From NCBI RefSeq assembly GCF_023055435.1, contig NW_025963957.1, positions 5,146,001 to 5,210,000 on the forward strand: a DNA stretch of 64,000 bases, read 5' to 3'. Below are positions 11,566-23,628 of this stretch, in pieces (positions within the stretch are counted from its first letter, which is position 1; each line of letters begins with the position of its first letter). The notes below the pieces were generated by a model. The model was not told the origin of the DNA. It did not search any database and worked only from the letters and a program-made list of their open reading frames with translations. This DNA comes from Haliotis rufescens. Its lineage: Eukaryota. The position numbers and the translations under genes are program-made.

Positions 11566-12724
11566 AGTGTATATGTGCACTGCCATAAGTCAGTGCTGTG
11601 GACTCCGTTCTACAACGCGACCTTAGCTCTGGGTCGGTCGTAAGCCAAAGCTAAAGTGTGGGAGTTAAGATTATCTAAGGACTATGATCGCTCTCAAGAA
11701 CGAGGCCTTGCTTCTAAGTGATACCACAGACATCCATATAACCGTGTGTTGTGTCGCTATGCATATGTCTCTCCCACCATGATTTAAGGGAATGCAATAT
11801 TTCAAATTAGGCATTTTTTGATTGATAAGTTACAAGAAAATATCATGACAGAAATATGACATCTTAATTATGTGGGTGAATGTGCAAAGTTCAAAACACT
11901 CTACACTTTGTCGGATAAATCCGTTCTAACATCGCCAATATAAAACATAATATACATTACATGGGTGTTCACTATGCTAGATAACAGTTCAGACAAGTAG
12001 GCGAATGACAGTCCGAGTGAAGACGGCATATAATAAGCACACTCGGACGCACACGTCCCAGTAAACGCAATGTAGATCAAAGTATACGTATGAAGTTAAC
12101 ACGCATTGGGCAAAGGTACAGAGACAGAACAGATCTCGGCAAGGTTTAAAAGCAAAATCATACGTGTTCAACTCTAAAGTCGCTTTATTATTAAATGCTA
12201 TCAACGTTGTAAGACGGATTCAATATGACAACCAGTTTCAGAGCCCCTGAGCTTGCTTAATAAAATTATGCTGACACTGTTTTCACGCCATTGTTTTGAG
12301 CAAGTCGGTTATTTCCCATAGAAATATCAAAGAAGAATAACACCAGTAGGATTATTATTCCTTGCGTGTCCATAATGTACCTGACTATGTTCATGTTGAA
12401 TTTCATCATTTCGCAATTTGATACGTCAGACTCACATCAAGTCATAGCACAGCGCGGCCCGCTGTGGTACGTACATCTGACTTCTAAATGAAACAGGACT
12501 AGGGAAACGTGAGATCGACCAGGTTATCCAGATTACAGTGTTCTCACATAAGAAGTAATTGAATACAAAGGTCTAAGGGTGAATTAGCTTGAGGAAACAT
12601 AGTCGTGTGATTGTTAAGGGTCTATCATTTTATATTCTGTTGTTTTTTCCTGAAAAACTATGTGTTTGGAGTATTTTGTTAGCCTCCTACTTTCAGTGAA
12701 TAAAGTGTTTCTCTTGAGGCAACA

Positions 12725-12760
12725 CAACGTTTCGGAGTATATCCTTACTCCTTCAACAGG
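12725..12760 (-). other. hammerhead-ribozyme-like motif (degenerate)
   Basis: Minus strand reads CCTGTTGAA-GGAGTA-aggata-TACTCC-GAAAC-GTTG: a CTGATGA-like core, a 6-bp stem II and GAAA. Confidence 0.55.
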
Positions 12761-12985
12761 TGAGTTCACCACCCGAGCCTGACCACCCGATCTCGTTTGT
12801 CGCCTCTTACGAAACGCATGGGTTGCTGAAGTCCATTTTTAGCTCGGATCTTCACGGGTTACAGAAAAACGTTTTGAGTTGTGTGCTTTCACTAATATTA
12901 TTTTACTTACACAATTTGCATTTGAGCATACGATCTGTTCTGGTCATCTCAGACTTCGCAGTTCCCTATGCATCCTATGATCGTT

Positions 12986-13102
12986 TCAAATCCCACGATT
13001 GGCATTCTTTGGTGCCAGCCCCCAAAAGGTGTTCGTTGGTTTCACCAATGTGGTAGACATCAGGTTTCCATTCCGCTGACACAACAGGGTAGAGCCAAAT
13101 AA
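12986..13102 (-). CDS. MS4A/CD20-like tetraspan protein, last coding exon
   Basis: tgtag| LFGSTLLCQRNGNLMSTTLVKPTNTFWGLAPKNANRGI*. Phase 0 fits the preceding exon. A gap at 16267-16397 lies in this intron. Confidence 0.6.
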   Translation of the reverse strand, partial: LFGSTLLCQRNGNLMSTTLVKPTNTFWGLAPKNANRGI

Positions 13103-13269
13103 CTACAGAGGCAAAACGCTGTTAAGAGTACTTAGTTAAAAATACACAACTATTCTCATTAAAAGAATTGTGTTATGGTTTAATGCATAAGACAAACTTG
13201 AAAAATCCCAGGATGATTTTCGAAAACGTTATAGCACCGTTGACATATATTTTACGAGCAATTACCCAA

Positions 13270-14260
13270 CGGTACTTGTCTAAGAAGAAGGGGGAATTTT
13301 ATGTGCGCTTGGTGATTTGAGAAAAGCCTTTGTTTCAGTAAATATGTCCAAATAATGGTTTGTTCTGTAAAGTAGAATTGTTTCTTCAAAGGTGTTATAT
13401 ATATAACTCGTTGATACATGTTAACATTCAGCAAGCAATTATCCAACAGTATTTGTCTAAAAAGAGGGTAAATTTTATGTGAGTGTGATAAATTTTCAAA
13501 AGCCTTTGATTTAGTAAACAGGTCCAAATTATGGTTTGTTCTGAAAAGTAGAAGTATTTCCTCAAAGATGTTCATACATGTATGTTCAGATGATTCAGAT
13601 GTTTTTGAATGTTCATTGGTCTCAGACAAGGCTGTGTATTGAGCCCATTCTTGTTTTCAATGTTTATAGATGAATTAGTTCAATGCCATGCTGTTGATTC
13701 CTCTTGTTCGCATGGGGAACAGTTTTATCCCGACTTAGCCCAAGTGTTTTTTACTCTTTGGTCACGGCGTTGTACTTATGTCTGACTCTGTGTATAGTTT
13801 AACAGTTTAACTTCTAGTAAACAGTATTGTATTGGTTATCACTTAAGTTGAAAAAAAACACAAACACGATGACTTCTAACAATAGGAGTGTTTTATCTAA
13901 ACATTAAAAGTGGTATTACAGAGTTTCGAAAATTGAAAATATTCCATACTCAAAATATCTTCAAGTTCTCTTCTCGAAGACATTGACATGGTCGAACGTT
14001 ATTGTAAATGTTTCATTTCAAGCCAATAAACACAAACACCATGACTTCTAACAATAGGAGTGTTTTATCTAAACACTAAAAGTGGTATTACAGAGTTTCG
14101 AAAATTGAAAATATTCCATACTTAAAATATCTTCAAGTTCTCTTCTCGAAGACATTGACATGGTCGAACAATATTGTAAATGTTTCATTTCAAGCCAATA
14201 AAGTAGTGTTTATTATTTTTAAGTCACTGTACATTGTAATATTTCCTAAGCTTTTAGACG
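13270..14260 (+). mobile_element. degenerate non-LTR retrotransposon (LINE) RT fragment with internal duplications
   Basis: FSKAFDLVNRSKLW (~13495) and GLRQGCVLSPFLFSMFIDEL (13618-13677) are non-LTR RT motifs, frameshifted. Includes a ~172-bp tandem duplication at 13856-14201. Confidence 0.75.
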
Positions 14261-15317
14261 GGGAAAGATGTGGTCAAATAATCATTACGATTGCGAGAGG
14301 TTTTTTATGATGGACAATGTGATAACTGTGTCTGACATGTTGACAGGGAAAAGAGAAATACATATTTACGACACACCAAAATACTTTCGTTGAGTGCGAA
14401 GCATTAGATGCATTTAATAAACTTAACATGTATATATAAGAATTCAAACATCGATTTAACGCCACAGACTACACAGCGAGCATTCAATGTCGCTCTGCCT
14501 ATGCAATTTTTAAACGAAACACATAATCATAAAACATTATATAAAAAGACATGTTGCAGAACCTAAATAGCCCTTCATCATCTGGATCACATGCAGTAAT
14601 TCTGTTACTTCCCCATCCAAAAAAGTGCATATTGAACGATGGACAGATGAATACCGTTTTCTAAATGTGAATTTTGAGTTTACTGTTTACTGGAGCCTGA
14701 CTGATCTTAAATACACAAATGCTATCGATCACCCGTTTAATAAAAATACAGCTGCATTACACATTGTGTAATACCAAAGTGCGTGTTAATGTACTGTGGG
14801 AACAAGTTTCACGAACACATATCGAAATCTCTCAACATCCCTGGGCTTATTCAACGACATTGCGTGTGGAGATGATAGATTACTGAAGGGAGCTTATGCA
14901 CACTTGATGACCCCAGCAACCCTGTTGCTAGGCTGACGCCACATGGCATTGTTTCGCCGGTGGATATTGCAACAAAATTTCACAAATTACGTCAAAGGGG
15001 ATTGTGACGTGATTGTAAACTTTGTGATGCAGGACCCCGTTCCAAAAGGCGATCGTAGTGCCACGACACTTGTACGTCTAGGTATATGGGAGTTATTGAT
15101 AACCTCAGCACTACGATAACTTTCTGGAAAGGAACCCTGAATTCTTAAGATGGGCAATTGCATGTTATTAAATTAATACGTGTTAACTTTTGACGTGTTT
15201 GAAGTATTGTTTGTTAAACACAATTGGATTATGCTGTGGATCGCGTAGATGTCTGCCTATATTCACACACGACAATGAAATTCTTAAAAAAGGTTTTCAA
15301 CGGCAAGTAATAAATAT

Positions 15318-15560
15318 AATACTAAACTCGCTCCCGTGTAGTACCAACTTAATGCTTTCGCTCGTCAGATACCAGAACTAAAATACCAAACTCGCTCCCC
15401 TGTAGTACCAATTTAATGCTTTTGCTCATCAGATACCAGAACTAAAATACTAAACTCGCTCCCCTGTAGTACCAATTTAATGTTTTCGCTCGTCAAATAC
15501 CAGAACTATTCACTCGTTTCATAAAATTGGTATTACACGGGAGCTCGTTTGGTATTCTAG
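15318..15560. repeat. hairpin element with left arm triplicated (3 x 64 bp)
   Basis: Units start at 15318, 15382 and 15446. The terminal TTGGTATTACACGGGAGCTCGTTTGGTATTC is the near reverse complement of the unit start. Confidence 0.75.
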
Positions 15561-16448
15561 GCCTATATATGTTTGCACCACGACATGTTATTCAAAATTA
15601 AACAACACAATTACCAAATATGTATGCCCACATGTATGGATGTTACAATGAAGACGAACTGTTAACCTGTGGGTAACATCTTGTTTTAGGCCTGTGGTCC
15701 TAAGTACTTGATAACTGAAACAGCGTAACTTAATGTAATACATCCAGTGTCTGGTAATGGCAACAGTCTTCTGATCTCATGATCTTAGTGTAGCTTAAAT
15801 CTTCGCCTGTTGACTAATAAGGCTTAGAGCCAAACTGCACTGGGTTGCTCACGTGCTGAAAGTGAAGACGGGGTAAAATAAGACTGATATTGCTGTTAGA
15901 ATATTGGTATGTTACGACCTACACAATGCTGAAACAAATAATATGAACATGTCAGGCAGCCATTCCTGAGGAGGTGTTCCTAATTATATTTCACACAATG
16001 TTGATATATAGACATGTATATGTTATCATATTGTTGATTCGTGGGTGTTGTTTCCTGAATATGTTTAGTGTGTATGGAATGTCCTTTCAACGTAGAGCTT
16101 TGAAAATTAATACCCTTACAACTTGAACGTTTAAATTTAGAACCATTCATGTATTATTCATACGGTATTGACTTCACACGGAAGACGGGGTAGGGCCTAT
16201 TGGTTAAAGGCCCTGGTTCGATTGCCCACGCGGGTACAAAGTGTGAAGGGATGTTGCTAATGTTGCNNNNNNNNNNNNNNNNNNNNNNNNNNNNNNNNNN
16301 NNNNNNNNNNNNNNNNNNNNNNNNNNNNNNNNNNNNNNNNNNNNNNNNNNNNNNNNNNNNNNNNNNNNNNNNNNNNNNNNNNNNNNNNNNNNNNNNNATT
16401 TTAAAAATGAACACTTTCACTGACTTTTATCTGCTCACATCAACGTAC

Positions 16449-16593
16449 CTCTGGCTTGCAAGCCATAATACCAGAGAGGATTGTCGATACCAGGGCGAAG
16501 ATCCAGCCGAACACGATCATGATGATTGCCCCTACTCCCATTCCATAGATGGACTCGGCTTCAGCGCATGCAGCACTTTTGTCACCCAAAGAA
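16449..16593 (-). CDS. MS4A/CD20-like protein exon (extracellular loop + TM4)
   Basis: tttcag|T SLGDKSAACAEAESIYGMGVGAIIMIVFGWIFALVSTILSGIMACKPE |gtacg. 145 nt, phase 2/0. Confidence 0.8.
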
Positions 16594-16726
16594 CTGAAAC
16601 CGACAACAAACATCACTTGAAGGACTGAATGGTTTGATATCATGCCTCGTTGGGCAGCATTCCTGGTATTTCAGTGAATGCTAGCTAAATGTAGACCTAC
16701 ATGTATGTGAACAAGAATCACAATGA

Positions 16727-17005
16727 GAGGTGAGGTGAGGTGAAATTGGGTTTAACGTCGCGGCCAAGATTATTGCACTTATATAGCGACGTGAATGCAC
16801 GTGTGTGTGTGGCTGCTTGTACTAGTCCGGACTGATGCCGATTTATAGTGCTGACCAGTCCTTGTTTTAGCCCCTTAACGCCGAGCGCCAGACAGGGTAA
16901 CAACAAGTACCATCTTTAACGTCTTTTATGACGCGGCCGGGGATCGAACCCCGGACCTTCCGCTCCCCGGGCGGACGCTCTACCACTAGACCATGGAGGC
17001 GGTCT
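16727..17005 (-). mobile_element. SINE family B, internally deleted
   Basis: Matches 18406-18760 but lacks ~70 bp between ATAGTGCT and GACCAGTCC. Confidence 0.85.
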
Positions 17006-17086
17006 CACAATTGGAGCGAACCTGGGAAGCAAATGTTAAATATATAACGTCAAGGGTGGGGTAAGTTGAATCCTAATCATAATATG

Positions 17087-17440
17087 TTTTGTTTGTTTGT
17101 TTGTTTGTTGTTTAACGCCGCTCTCAGCAATATTCCAGCTATGACGGCGGTCTGTAAATTAATCTGGACCAGACAATCCAGTGATTAATACTGTATCCTG
17201 ATTGCGTAGATCGATGTTCAAGATACCATTATTGGATTGTGCGGTCCAGACTCGATTATTTACAGATCGCTGTCTTACAACTGGTTGGTTGGTTGGTTTG
17301 TTGTTTAACGCCACACTCAGCAATATTCAAGCTATATGACGGCGGTCTGTAAATGATCGAGTCTGGACCAGACAATCTAGTGATTGATATCATGAGCATC
17401 GAACCACGCAGTTGGGAGTCATGTAACTGGAATATTGCCG
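17087..17440. mobile_element. cluster of SINE family D fragments in both orientations
   Basis: Repeated TTTAACGCC...CTCAGCAATATT...CTGGACCAGACAATC blocks plus an inverted GTCCAGACTCGATTATTTACAG block. Confidence 0.75.
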
Positions 17441-17455
17441 CACAAAGAAACAAAC

Positions 17456-17568
17456 CTGCATGATGGTATATTGGCGGTAGCCAGAGCACCAAGGGCAATG
17501 ATTCCAACGATGGCGAAGATCCCCATGATCAAAAGCGTGAGGATGGAGAACACCATGTGAGTGATGTA
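17456..17568 (-). CDS. MS4A/CD20-like protein exon (TM3)
   Basis: tttcag| YITHMVFSILTLLIMGIFAIVGIIALGALATANIPSC AG|gtttg. 113 nt, phase 0/2. Confidence 0.82.
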
Positions 17569-17616
17569 CTGAAAAAGGAAGAAGTAGGTATAGAGTGTAC
17601 ATGTGTCGATTGTAAT

Positions 17617-17876
17617 TTGTTTGTTTATTTGTTGTATAACGCCGCACTCAGCAATATTGCAGTTATATAATGGCGGTCTGTAAATGATCGAGTTTGGACC
17701 AGACAGTCCAGTGATTGACATCATGAACATTGATCTACGCAATTGGGACATGCATCAACCATGTCAGCAAGCCTGACTACCCGATCCCGTTAGTCGCCTC
17801 TTACGACAAGCATAGTCACCCCTTACGGCAAGCATGGGTTGCGGAAGACCTATTCTACCCCGGATCTTCACGGGTC
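17617..17876 (-). mobile_element. SINE family D, full-length (no recognisable tRNA head)
   Basis: Begins GACCCGTGAAGATCCGGGGTAGAATAGGTCTTC and ends GCGGCGTTATACAACAAATAAAC. Many copies in the window. Confidence 0.85.
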
Positions 17877-18405
17877 GGCGGAAACAGATGTCAGGTGATA
17901 ACCATTTTATATTTTCACATTAACAGGTTATCCTGTGTATCCGGAAATGTCAACATTTCAAACATTCGGCTGACGCTTGCAGTTCCAATTGACCATTCCG
18001 GACATTCCGAAACAGAAACACATAACGTTTGTCGACATTGTGAAATAAAAGGTCATCAGTATTAAACATTATTGAGATGACGTCATGACAATGGTGACGT
18101 CACAAGCTGTCGTGATACCTGAACCAGCCTCCTTTGCAGAATGTGGAAACAAACAACTAAGTTGTTCTGGTGTATGTTAATAAAAACTTAATTCTACTTA
18201 ATATAGTATTTCATTAATGTGGCATTGACCTCGCCCAGAAGCACGTTGTTGAAATTAGGGATTGAGAAAAGAAAAGATATGTATCGAGTAAAAGTATCCA
18301 TATGCAATGAAAACGATGAAAGCGCAAACTCCTAAACATTTACAATTATTACATATAGATAAGCACGACAAATGATAAAAAAATCTCTGCGAAAAGCTGA
18401 GTTAA

Positions 18406-18760
18406 TGAGGTGAGGTGAAATTGGGTTTAACGTCGCGTCCAAGATTATTGCACTTATATAGCGACGTGCATGCACGTGTATGTGTGTGTGTGGCTGCTTG
18501 TACTAGTCCGGACTGATGCCGATTTATAGTGCTAGCTCACTGAGATACCATGCCGCAGTTTAACATGAATACCCCACTCAGACACAGTATACTGACTCCG
18601 AGCCGACCAGTCCTTGTTTTAGCCCCTTAATGCCGAGCGCCAGACAGGGTAACAACAAGTACAATCTTTTAACGTCTTTTTGTATGACGCGGCCCGGGAT
18701 CGAACCCTGGACCTTCCGCTCTCCGGGCGGACGCTCTACCACAAGACCATGGAGGCGGTC
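18406..18760 (-). mobile_element. SINE family B
   Basis: Full copy. AGCTGAGTTAATGA is repeated on both flanks (TSD). Confidence 0.9.
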
Positions 18761-19036
18761 TAGCTGAGTTAATGATTCCATTTACGATTCCAACTGTATC
18801 ATGAGTAAGCATTTATGAATTTCGTCAAATTGTGATGATAACAGGTGTTCGCGAAAATGATCGGATGCAACCACAAGAATTAATGCCGATGGTCATTTAA
18901 TGGGTGTTCGGGTATACAAACACGCCACCGTGGAATATTCCAGAGACATATTGACATGGAACAACCTCAACGGGCTTCAATTGTTCCACAATTGGGCTTC
19001 GAAGACAACTGTTCCTTGTGACTTCGAACACCAATA

Positions 19037-19324
19037 GGGGGCACGGGTGGCCCAGTCGTCTAAGGCGCCGCGATTCGCTGTGCAGAGTTGCGTCCCTTGG
19101 GCACGCCAGAAACCTTTGATTGTGGGTTCGAATCCAGGTTCGCCCCGATTATGTTTCTAGGTTTGTCAACACCATACCGTGCTCGTGGGTTTCACCGAAG
19201 TGGTAAACGTCTGAGACCTGCATCACTTCGGGCTTTCCTCCCACATTAAGCTGACACGCCGCGAGATACCTGGAATACTGTTAAAAGCGGCGTTAAACCC
19301 AACTCACTCACTCACTCACTCACT
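19037..19324 (+). mobile_element. SINE family C, full-length
   Basis: A box TGGCCCAGTCG, B box GGTTCGAATCC, TSD CGAACACCAATA, (CACT)n tail. Confidence 0.9.
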
Positions 19325-19387
19325 CGAACACCAATACAACTTGCATAGCCACGTGAAGGCAGATGTCATGATTAGGTTTCAACTTAC

Positions 19388-19444
19388 CCCACCCTTCGCT
19401 CTAACAACTGTCGCGATGACACCAATGATTCCAGGGACGATGTA
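19388..19444 (-). CDS. MS4A/CD20-like protein exon (TM2)
   Basis: tttcag| YIVPGIIGVIATVVRAKGG |gtaag. 57 nt, phase 0/0. Confidence 0.8.
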
Positions 19445-19601
19445 CTGAAAACAGGAGTGTCGATAGATACATAACTTAATTGACAGATGAGGAAATGTGG
19501 TTGGAATAACGACATTGTTGTTTTGCTTACGAACAAATGAAATGTTGTGTCTAGATTTACCAGGCAGAGTGTGTTACAACAGGAGAACTGAAATCTCTTA
19601 C

Positions 19602-19720
19602 CGCAAAACCCAACGCCCACACAGGAAGGTCAGCGAAGGAGATGTTGTAGCCGGTTTGAGTTTGAACAAACTCTTTCGCCTTATGTATCAGGGCACCAAT
19701 CAGAGAGCTGTAGATGACAC
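19602..19720 (-). CDS. MS4A/CD20-like protein exon (ending in PxW motif)
   Basis: cgcag|GT VIYSSLIGALIHK...FADLPVWALGFA |gtaag. P-x-W followed by YI..G in the next exon resembles the MS4A P.WGG..FI.SG motif. 119 nt, phase 1/0. Confidence 0.8.
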
Positions 19721-21835
19721 CTGCGAAGAAAAGATGAGTGAGTGAGTAATATTGACACCGTAGTCGGAGCACTTAAGCGGCTTAACAAGTATTGGCAGTC
19801 TTACAGTGTAACCATCCTCTTCAGACAGCTTTGAGAGACTGAGAGAAGTGGTTTCATCAAGGTGTCATCAAACAATTGTCAAAATATTGTAAAATAGTAA
19901 TGGCTTCATTTACATAACTATTATAGCTGCCATCACTATTATACGTCACATCTCCTGTTAAACCACAACATGCTACTTTTTGTAGCCTTGGGCGTAATAA
20001 AGTTCTGTTCTGCTCTGTATCACTGTTGGATGGTGATTTAAAAAAACATGCTGATGATGTAGTCGGAATCATACCACCGAAAGTCTTATAAATGTGGAAA
20101 GGGATTTGTAGCTTTTATTTATTACTATTAAGTATATATTTATTTCGTTATTATTTAGGTTCGAGAAGAGTGAATTCTTGTTTTACATTTACATTTTAAT
20201 ATCCAAATATATATTAATATTTAAATGATTTTCAACTTAAACTTGAGTAATATTTGTTACTTTTGTAACTGTCTGTGACCCATTTCGAAAAGTTGTAAGA
20301 CAGCTGACATATTGACCCATGTGTTGTTCCAACAGAGTACAGATTTTAAAGCGTTCTTCTCATCACAGTAGAATGAAGGTAAACCTGCTGTGTTTTGAAA
20401 TTTGAGGTAGTCTAACAGTAGATTAGATACCTCTTATTGAATTTAGAACCAAGCGCTTTAGATCGAAGCTTCCGATCGATGCCTAACTATTACAGGTATA
20501 TTTATTCAAATAAAGTAAGTTTATGTCATAATTCGTAAGTAACGCCAACGGATCTAATACACAACATTACGAGTTCGATCGCGAGTACATGCATCGCTCC
20601 ACGTTGAATATGACAGAAATAAAGCGATCATTTGTGATGGAAAACGTAAAAAGGTACGTTGTCTACATTTTTTAAATAACGGCATGACGTTATACTTGAA
20701 ATTACTAAATGTTACAATTCTACTTTGTACACAAATTCTTGAAAGGTTTTACATGTGGAACTGAATAATTAATAAATCATTTATATAATATTACTAATTT
20801 ATTATTTTTATTTCATTTAGAGCAAAGCATGACACAAAATACATTACGGTTTTTAAGGAATATCAGTTAGAAATTGAGATTCAAAGAAAAGAATTATGAA
20901 GTCCATTATAAGCTGAATCGCGTTTGTATGAATTTATGCGTACTTTGACATGAAGATGGAATGCTCATTTCAAAAGGCTTTCGCGTCATGATCCATTTTC
21001 ACCATAAATAAGTTTGATGAAAACAACTTGTTAAGAATGTTCACACTACGATGTTGTAGGTTGTGGCACCTGATACACGACAGTTCGATTCTTTCAGTGA
21101 ACACAAAAACTAGCAGACACCTATAATTGGTATATGTCTTGCTTGTATGTCCCTTTGACAGAGAAAATATTCCAGGTAGGCAAATATGTAATCCTCTTAA
21201 ACTCAACTGACTTTGGCATATAATAAGGCGGTCTATCACCATGGGATAATGGCCATCTATTTCAGCTGGTGAAGTCTGCAGTCCGTGCAGGGCGCATATT
21301 AAGCTCAGGTCATGCCCGGAGAACTGCTGTCAGCCTTATTGCCTGTAACGTTAATGTGCGCGTTGCTCAGGACTGTAACACTTCCTCGATATTAATCATC
21401 GATAAAAACGAACATTCGCACATTTTAACACTTTACCTATTAAATCAGACTTTAAGTCTTCAAACGTTGAAGCGTTATTCATCAAAATATGATCATTAAG
21501 ACTTTTATCTTTGAGTATAAAGGTCTTATTATGTATAATAACACAGGAATGAAATAGGTTTTAGCACCGTGAACTCTTACTTGACGACTGCCATGGTTCG
21601 CATTGTTCTCATATAGTATAGGCATTGTATACGTCAACTACGAACAGGCTACTTATTAGGTTAAAGTAGCATCTACTCCATACATCAACAGGCTGACTCA
21701 CACCCTTGAATATAACGTTACAGTAGATGGTTGCAATATGTATCATGTATGTAGGTGGGTGTGAGCACGCGCTGGGTTATGAGATGTGGACATACATTGT
21801 ACCTTCAGCGACATATAAACATTTCCTATAGATAA

Positions 21836-22000
21836 GGGCGGTCGGGTAGCCTAGTGGTTAAAGCGTTCGCTCGTCACGCCGAAGACCCGGGTTCAATTCC
21901 CGACATGGGTACAATGTGTGAAGCCCATTTCTGGTGTCCCCCGCCGTGATATTGCTGGAATATTGCTAAAAGCGGCGTAAAACCATACTCACTCACTCAC
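21836..22000 (+). mobile_element. SINE family A
   Basis: Full copy, TSD TCCTATAGATAA. Confidence 0.9.
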
Positions 22001-23004
22001 TCCTATAGATAAAGAGACGTTAAGATTACACTTTACAAAACGCGATTTAACTGTCAGCGGTGATATTGTTCAGATACATGTTAGCTTAGTAATCCCAGCT
22101 GTACAAAATAATCAATTTCATTTTTAGTATCTGCAGCCTACCAGCAGGAGACAGGTAGCCCCGTTTGTCCGACCTCTATTGTGAGGAGAACAGAAGAATA
22201 TTGTTGGGAACGTCTTTTAGTGCACCGTGAATCCATACCCATATCGTTCCGAAAATAAACTAATCCGGTCGATAACATTGGTAAAATGGAAAACGCCAGC
22301 ACCTGAGAATAATCAGTCTTGATTATCTCCCGAAAAAGATTCCGTTATGAAAGGTAAGATAATGGTGGAAATTATATGAATGGATCACTTAAAATCAGTG
22401 ATGAAAACAGGTGTTCGCGAAAAGGAAAAGCATGTCCTGATCTACCGGTAGCGGAAAGGTAAAAAACCCAACACATTTTGCAATTTTGTTTCTAATAGTG
22501 TATCTAAAAATTACTGTTCGGAATAATGGCGTGTCGCTGTTTGTTTGTTTGTTGTTTAACGCTGCACTACGACAAGCATAGTCGCCTTCTACGGCAAGCA
22601 TGGGTTGCTGAAGACATATTTTAACCCGGATCTTCACGGGTATGCAAGTATATGCACCAGGGCTATTGCCTGTGAGTAATTACTTGATGGGAAATGATAT
22701 TGCAGGGTATTTATTTTGTTTCAAATTACTAATACTATCTGTCTGACAGACGGGGGACATCCTGCTTAAAGCTAAGGCATGGCATCTAGATTTCAGCGGT
22801 GGGCGTTGTACGAAGCCCAAATCTTTCCTCTATGTACTTAACATCGTTTCATTATAAAATATCGGCTCTGTCTTCGACCGCATGGAAATAAGAAACTCAT
22901 CTTATAGTTTCTAATGGGCATAACCCCAAGAACATGTTCCATTTTTATGTATGATATACAATCAAAAGAAGTTAAAGAACATCCGATTCTTTTATATAAC
23001 TATA

Positions 23005-23162
23005 CAGTCGAACCTCGTTGTGTCGAACTTTGATGTGTCGAATTCTCGTTTTGGGGTCCAGAGTATCCAAATTAAGCAGAAAAGTTTCCTGATGTCTTGA
23101 AGCCCGTCTAACTCAAACTCTTTTTCAGGTCCCAACGAGTTTGACACAATGAGGTTCGACTG
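23005..23162. mobile_element. Tc1/mariner (pogo-type) MITE
   Basis: TIRs CAGTCGAACCTCGTTGTGTCGAAC / GTTTGACACAATGAGGTTCGACTG with TA flanks. Confidence 0.85.
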
Positions 23163-23461
23163 TAGTTTATCTGTCATATAAATAATATGTAAATAATATG
23201 CTCTTTGCCTTCTTTTGGGAGGTATAGAAAACGTGAACGACAGAAAAAAACGATTGTCTGCCGAAACAGATTCAATTTTTCATAAAAGGCAAAATGGTGA
23301 AAATTATATAAATCGATCACTGAAAATCCGTGATGACACCATGCGTTAGCGAAAAGGGAAGCAGTCGTTCTGCTCTACCGGTAGCAGACACGATAAAAAA
23401 CAAAACAAATTGTGCAATCTTGTTTCTAATAGTCAACAAGCTCCATTGGACAGTTTCTGTC

Positions 23462-23628
23462 ACTAAGACACAATTGTTATGTATGAGCAACTTCTTTATT
23501 ACAATTGGACGACGTTTCCGTGTAGATTCTAACACCGTTATCAAGCAAATTGTAATAAAGAAGTTGCTCATCCATAACAATTTTGTCTTAGTTACCATTC
23601 CAACTTCTAAATGCCACTCAAAAAGGTT
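23462..23628. mobile_element. palindromic mini-element with hammerhead-like core (same family as 7222-7427)
   Basis: ~45-bp inverted arms around rc(CTTGATAA-CGGTGT-loop-ACACG-GAAAC). Shares the tail TCCAACTTCTAAATGCCACTCAAA. GTTTCTGTCAC is repeated on both flanks. Confidence 0.75.

Noticed and set aside
11600-11708. Possible short MITE (similar at 15030-15140)
   Set aside because: TIRs too degenerate and no clear TSD to support a call.
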